DNA of 47,658 nucleotides from Saprolegnia diclina VS20 (Eukaryota): NCBI RefSeq assembly GCF_000281045.1, contig NW_008246110.1, positions 197,354 to 245,011 of the forward strand, read 5' to 3'. Shown piece by piece: positions 44,816 to 47,658 of this stretch (position 1 is its first letter; each line of letters starts with the position of its first letter). The notes under the pieces were generated by a model. It saw only the letters and a program-made list of their open reading frames with translations, ran no database searches and was not told where the DNA came from. The position numbers and the translations under genes were made by a program.

Positions 44816-45001
44816 ATGCTCAAGACGATGATCCTGATGACGCTGCTCAGTGTCTTTGCGGCCGCTGCCCCGGACGTTGATACGACCAAGAACGAAGCCG
44901 CACCCGGTGGCCTTCCGGACCCGAACGGCGAGTTTGAGCTGTGCCGCAACGTGTGCACGACGGGGGTCCACGGACGTGTCTGCCACTGGCGCTGCTATTA
45001 A
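44816..45001 (+). CDS. Small secreted Cys-rich peptide precursor, 61 aa (copy 2, same protein as copy 1)
   Basis: Signal-peptide-like hydrophobic N-terminus, acidic pro-region and cationic 4-Cys C-terminus. Confidence 0.72.
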   Translation: MLKTMILMTLLSVFAAAAPDVDTTKNEAAPGGLPDPNGEFELCRNVCTTGVHGRVCHWRCY

Positions 45002-45682
45002 GCGGCGAGATGGTAACAATCAACGCGGTTGGTCAGACAAAGTCTTCATTCGTCGATTCCCACGTTGACGGAAACTGTGGGGGAACTTTGCGATCCGCTC
45101 TCGAATACTTGCGCGAAGATAGCGCCAGCAAATTTATTCCCGAAAGCTGTACCAGAAGAGGCGGTGTAGTTGCTAGCACGTATGTGCATCTCGCTGTGTG
45201 CGAGTGCCCGATCTTCGGCATCTCGTCTGTGTGCGAGTGTCTGAGTTTCGGTGTCACTGGAGGGCGGACAATCCGGGCCTTGGCAGCGCAAAAGCCGTCC
45301 CTATCACGTAAGACAGCGGCTCTGGGCGTTGTATAGTAGCAAGGAGCATAAAATTATGCTCCTTGATAGTACCGCTCTTGGTCCAGTGTGATCGTCGCTG
45401 CAGCATTTGCTTTTAAACGTTTTTAGAGCGCTTTGTATGTATTGTCGAGCATTGCGCGCGTCCTAGGCCTGTAGCGACGACGCAACGCGGTTTGCTCTGC
45501 ACCCGAAAGCGTCTTCTATCACTGTGCCGAGTATGGGCGATTCGATTTCAAACTCACGTTCGTCGACCAAATGCCACCCGCCCGGACCATTTGAGAGCCG
45601 GCGATCCGGATACGGTGGAGGATCGTACGGATACCATCCCAATGGGCAAGTGAGCCAAGCACCAGAGTTGCTTCTGGCGAAG

Positions 45683-45727
45683 ATGATGAGCACGCTGATC
45701 CCGCACGACGTCCTCTGCCTCGTGTGA
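45683..45727 (+). pseudogene. Truncated duplicate of the PXMP4 5' end (MMSTLIPHDVLCLV*)
   Basis: First 14 codons of PXMP4, then TGA TAG immediately past the duplication breakpoint. Confidence 0.85.
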
Positions 45728-45930
45728 TAGCTGATCTACTCTGGCTTGCAACCGCCTGCCCCATGAGGTTTGTTCTGGCCGCCGCGCTGGAGGTCAAAAC
45801 GTACTCGTCCGTTGTCGTTGGCATGAGCTGGTTGCTGCGCATTCGTCGCTCGAGCTCAATGACTTGGCCGTTTTGGGCACCATTGTCAGTGGTTGGCACT
45901 TGACGCCATCGCCATCGCCGTCCGAGTTGA

Positions 45931-46373
45931 CGCCGCCTGGAATCGCATACCTCCTTGCCGAGCTGAAAGATGCAAAGATGCGAGGCGTCCGTGTAGCGTG
46001 TACTTGCCGATGTCGACTCGCTAGTATTGGCGTACAGGACGTCGCCAGCGCCTCTCGAAGTGACGGCCCAGTGGCGCGGCGACGTCCTTGAGTTCGTCGA
46101 CCCCGATGCTGCCGACGCTGATGCTATGGGATAAAACCTCCAACACTGTGACTCTTGAGAGCTACGTCAACAATATTTCTTTCTACAACGAAGCCGGGTA
46201 CGCTGTGCTCACCGACTCGCTTCGGGTGGCGCGCCCCCTCTTGGATGTGGTGCAGGACCTTGACGGCGACGATGCCTTGCCGCACCGACTCCCGCCGGAT
46301 AGCACCTCGATCAAGGCACTGCGCAACGCGCGCAACCTCCCACTGGGCGCAAAAGTCTCGGCCGCCGAGCTTC
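45931..46373 (+). repeat. Dispersed direct repeat, copy B
   Basis: Similar to 43822-44310 with substitutions and small indels. Its last 95 bp (46279-46373) recur at 46474-46568. Confidence 0.9.
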
Positions 46374-46473
46374 NNNNNNNNNNNNNNNNNNNNNNNNNNN
46401 NNNNNNNNNNNNNNNNNNNNNNNNNNNNNNNNNNNNNNNNNNNNNNNNNNNNNNNNNNNNNNNNNNNNNNNNN
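46374..46473. other. Assembly gap (100 N)
   Basis: Run of N. Confidence 1.
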
Positions 46474-46939
46474 GCCGCACCGACTCCCGCCGGATAGCAC
46501 CTCGATCAAGGCACTGCGCAACGCGCGCAACCTCCCACTGGGCGCAAAAGTCTCGGCCGCCGAGCTTCTCTGTGAATCGAACGGAATCGGTGTTCTATGA
46601 ACATCGGCATAGTGTGCCGCCACGTCATTAGGAAATTAACACAGTACAATCTCGTCTCGTATGCGAATGCTTTTTCACACGGGCAATCAACGGCTTGAAG
46701 ATATTTTCCAGCCATTGGCTTTTTGGACCAGCGACGCCGAGCGTGGCAGCCAGTGCGACGAGAGCGATAGTGCCTCCGAGAGCGTCGCTTCGAGCGCCTT
46801 TGTCAGGACGCAGCCTCGCAGCTCGCGCTTCTCCAGCGTGCAATACAAACTCTAAGTACACGGCGCGCGGCGATGGCTTGAACGCCTTTACAGCCCTCGG
46901 CGGCGCAAGTGATCTTGATGCTTCAGAAAACGAATTCGC

Positions 46940-47658
46940 ATGTCCCTCTACGACCCGCTCTACCACCAGAAGCGAGCTGCAAAGCTCGCCGATGCCAAGT
47001 GGGCGGCCGAAGAAGCCCTTATGCGAAAGCCAAGCCCGACGGCGGCGACGAACCTCGGTTCGCGCGCCACCGCGTTCGGGCGCAGCAAGACCCCGACGGT
47101 TGTCCGCCAGCGCGTGACAACGACCGTCCCGGTGACTGCGCGATCGACGATTCGGTCGACGCAAACGCCCGCCACGACGGCGGTGCAACCTCTGACGGCA
47201 AGCAGCCGCACCTCGACCACCGCCGCGCAGCGTCGCACACCGGTGACGAGCGTCGCGACTGCTCCGTCAAGAGCCACCACGGATGTCACGCCGACCAGCG
47301 CAGCATCGACGACCACGACTGAGGCGATCCTCGGTCAGCTGCGTTCGGAAGTTGCTACTCTCCAAGCGCAAGTCGTCCACCTCCAAGTCAGCCTCGACGC
47401 GTCGAAGGACACGGCCAAGATTCGCTCCTCGGAGCTTGTCCTTGCCCGGGCCCAGCACGACGCTGATCTCAAGACGCTTGGGACTCAACTTCGAGCCTCG
47501 CGGGATGTCGTTGCGCATCTCGAGGAGTCACTTGAAGTTTTGGAGCATGCGGCAGCAACCGGTGCCTCCAACCTCGCAGCTGCACAGTCGCAGCACGACG
47601 ACGACGTCAAGGCCCTCAAGGCCGACCTTGAGGAGGCGCATCAAGCGGCTTTGGCCGG
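46940..47658 (+). CDS. Hypothetical protein with S/T-rich linker and coiled coil; open to the window end (absent from the ORF track)
   Basis: Frame MSLYDPLYHQKRAAKLADAKWAAEEALMRKPSPT...EAILGQLRSEVATLQAQVVHLQVSLD...VKALKADLEEAHQAALA has no stop; in-frame TGA upstream at 46916. Confidence 0.7.
   Translation, partial: MSLYDPLYHQKRAAKLADAKWAAEEALMRKPSPTAATNLGSRATAFGRSKTPTVVRQRVTTTVPVTARSTIRSTQTPATTAVQPLTASSRTSTTAAQRRTPVTSVATAPSRATTDVTPTSAASTTTTEAILGQLRSEVATLQAQVVHLQVSLDASKDTAKIRSSELVLARAQHDADLKTLGTQLRASRDVVAHLEESLEVLEHAAATGASNLAAAQSQHDDDVKALKADLEEAHQAALA

Larger units (their letters stand above)
44681..45724. repeat. Right arm of ~1.04 kb inverted duplication
   Basis: Reverse complement of 42780-43822. 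Confidence 0.95.

Noticed and set aside
42780..45724. Inverted arms as terminal inverted repeats of a DNA transposon
   Set aside because: The arms consist of host sequence (PXMP4 5' end); no target-site duplication or transposase is visible.
46474..46568. 95-bp duplicate of 46279-46373 as a real tandem repeat
   Set aside because: Identical sequence on both sides of a 100-N gap is most simply an unmerged contig overlap.

Overview
Gene-dense, GC-rich eukaryotic DNA with many short (mostly 40-50 nt) introns and oomycete-type INR/FPR core-promoter motifs. It is most likely a Saprolegniales oomycete (inferred from these features, not from a database search). Bases 1-42.8 kb carry about 20 mostly housekeeping genes: two tandem PMCA-type Ca2+-ATPases, a HAD-domain protein, a CAMK-like kinase with an N-terminal DCX/KHA-like domain, a thioredoxin/PDI protein, CENP-S, a TBC/EF-hand protein, a CLASP-N/TOG protein, chorismate synthase, NECAP, 3-hydroxyacyl-CoA dehydrogenase, a ricin-B/SAM gene with an in-frame stop, an ankyrin coiled-coil protein, a C2/TM/PH protein, a myosin I with a FYVE-like insert, a VRK/CK1-like kinase, cullin-4 and PXMP4. 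The last ~5 kb is rearranged and contains two 100-N gaps. It holds a ~1.04 kb inverted duplication, each arm of which carries the most interesting element: a 61-aa ORF with a signal peptide, an acidic pro-region and a cationic Cx3Cx8Cx3C C-terminal peptide resembling beta-hairpin antimicrobial peptides, preceded by a close match to the oomycete INR/FPR promoter. A frameshifted relic of the same family lies between the arms. Exon boundaries were read by eye and some are approximate.
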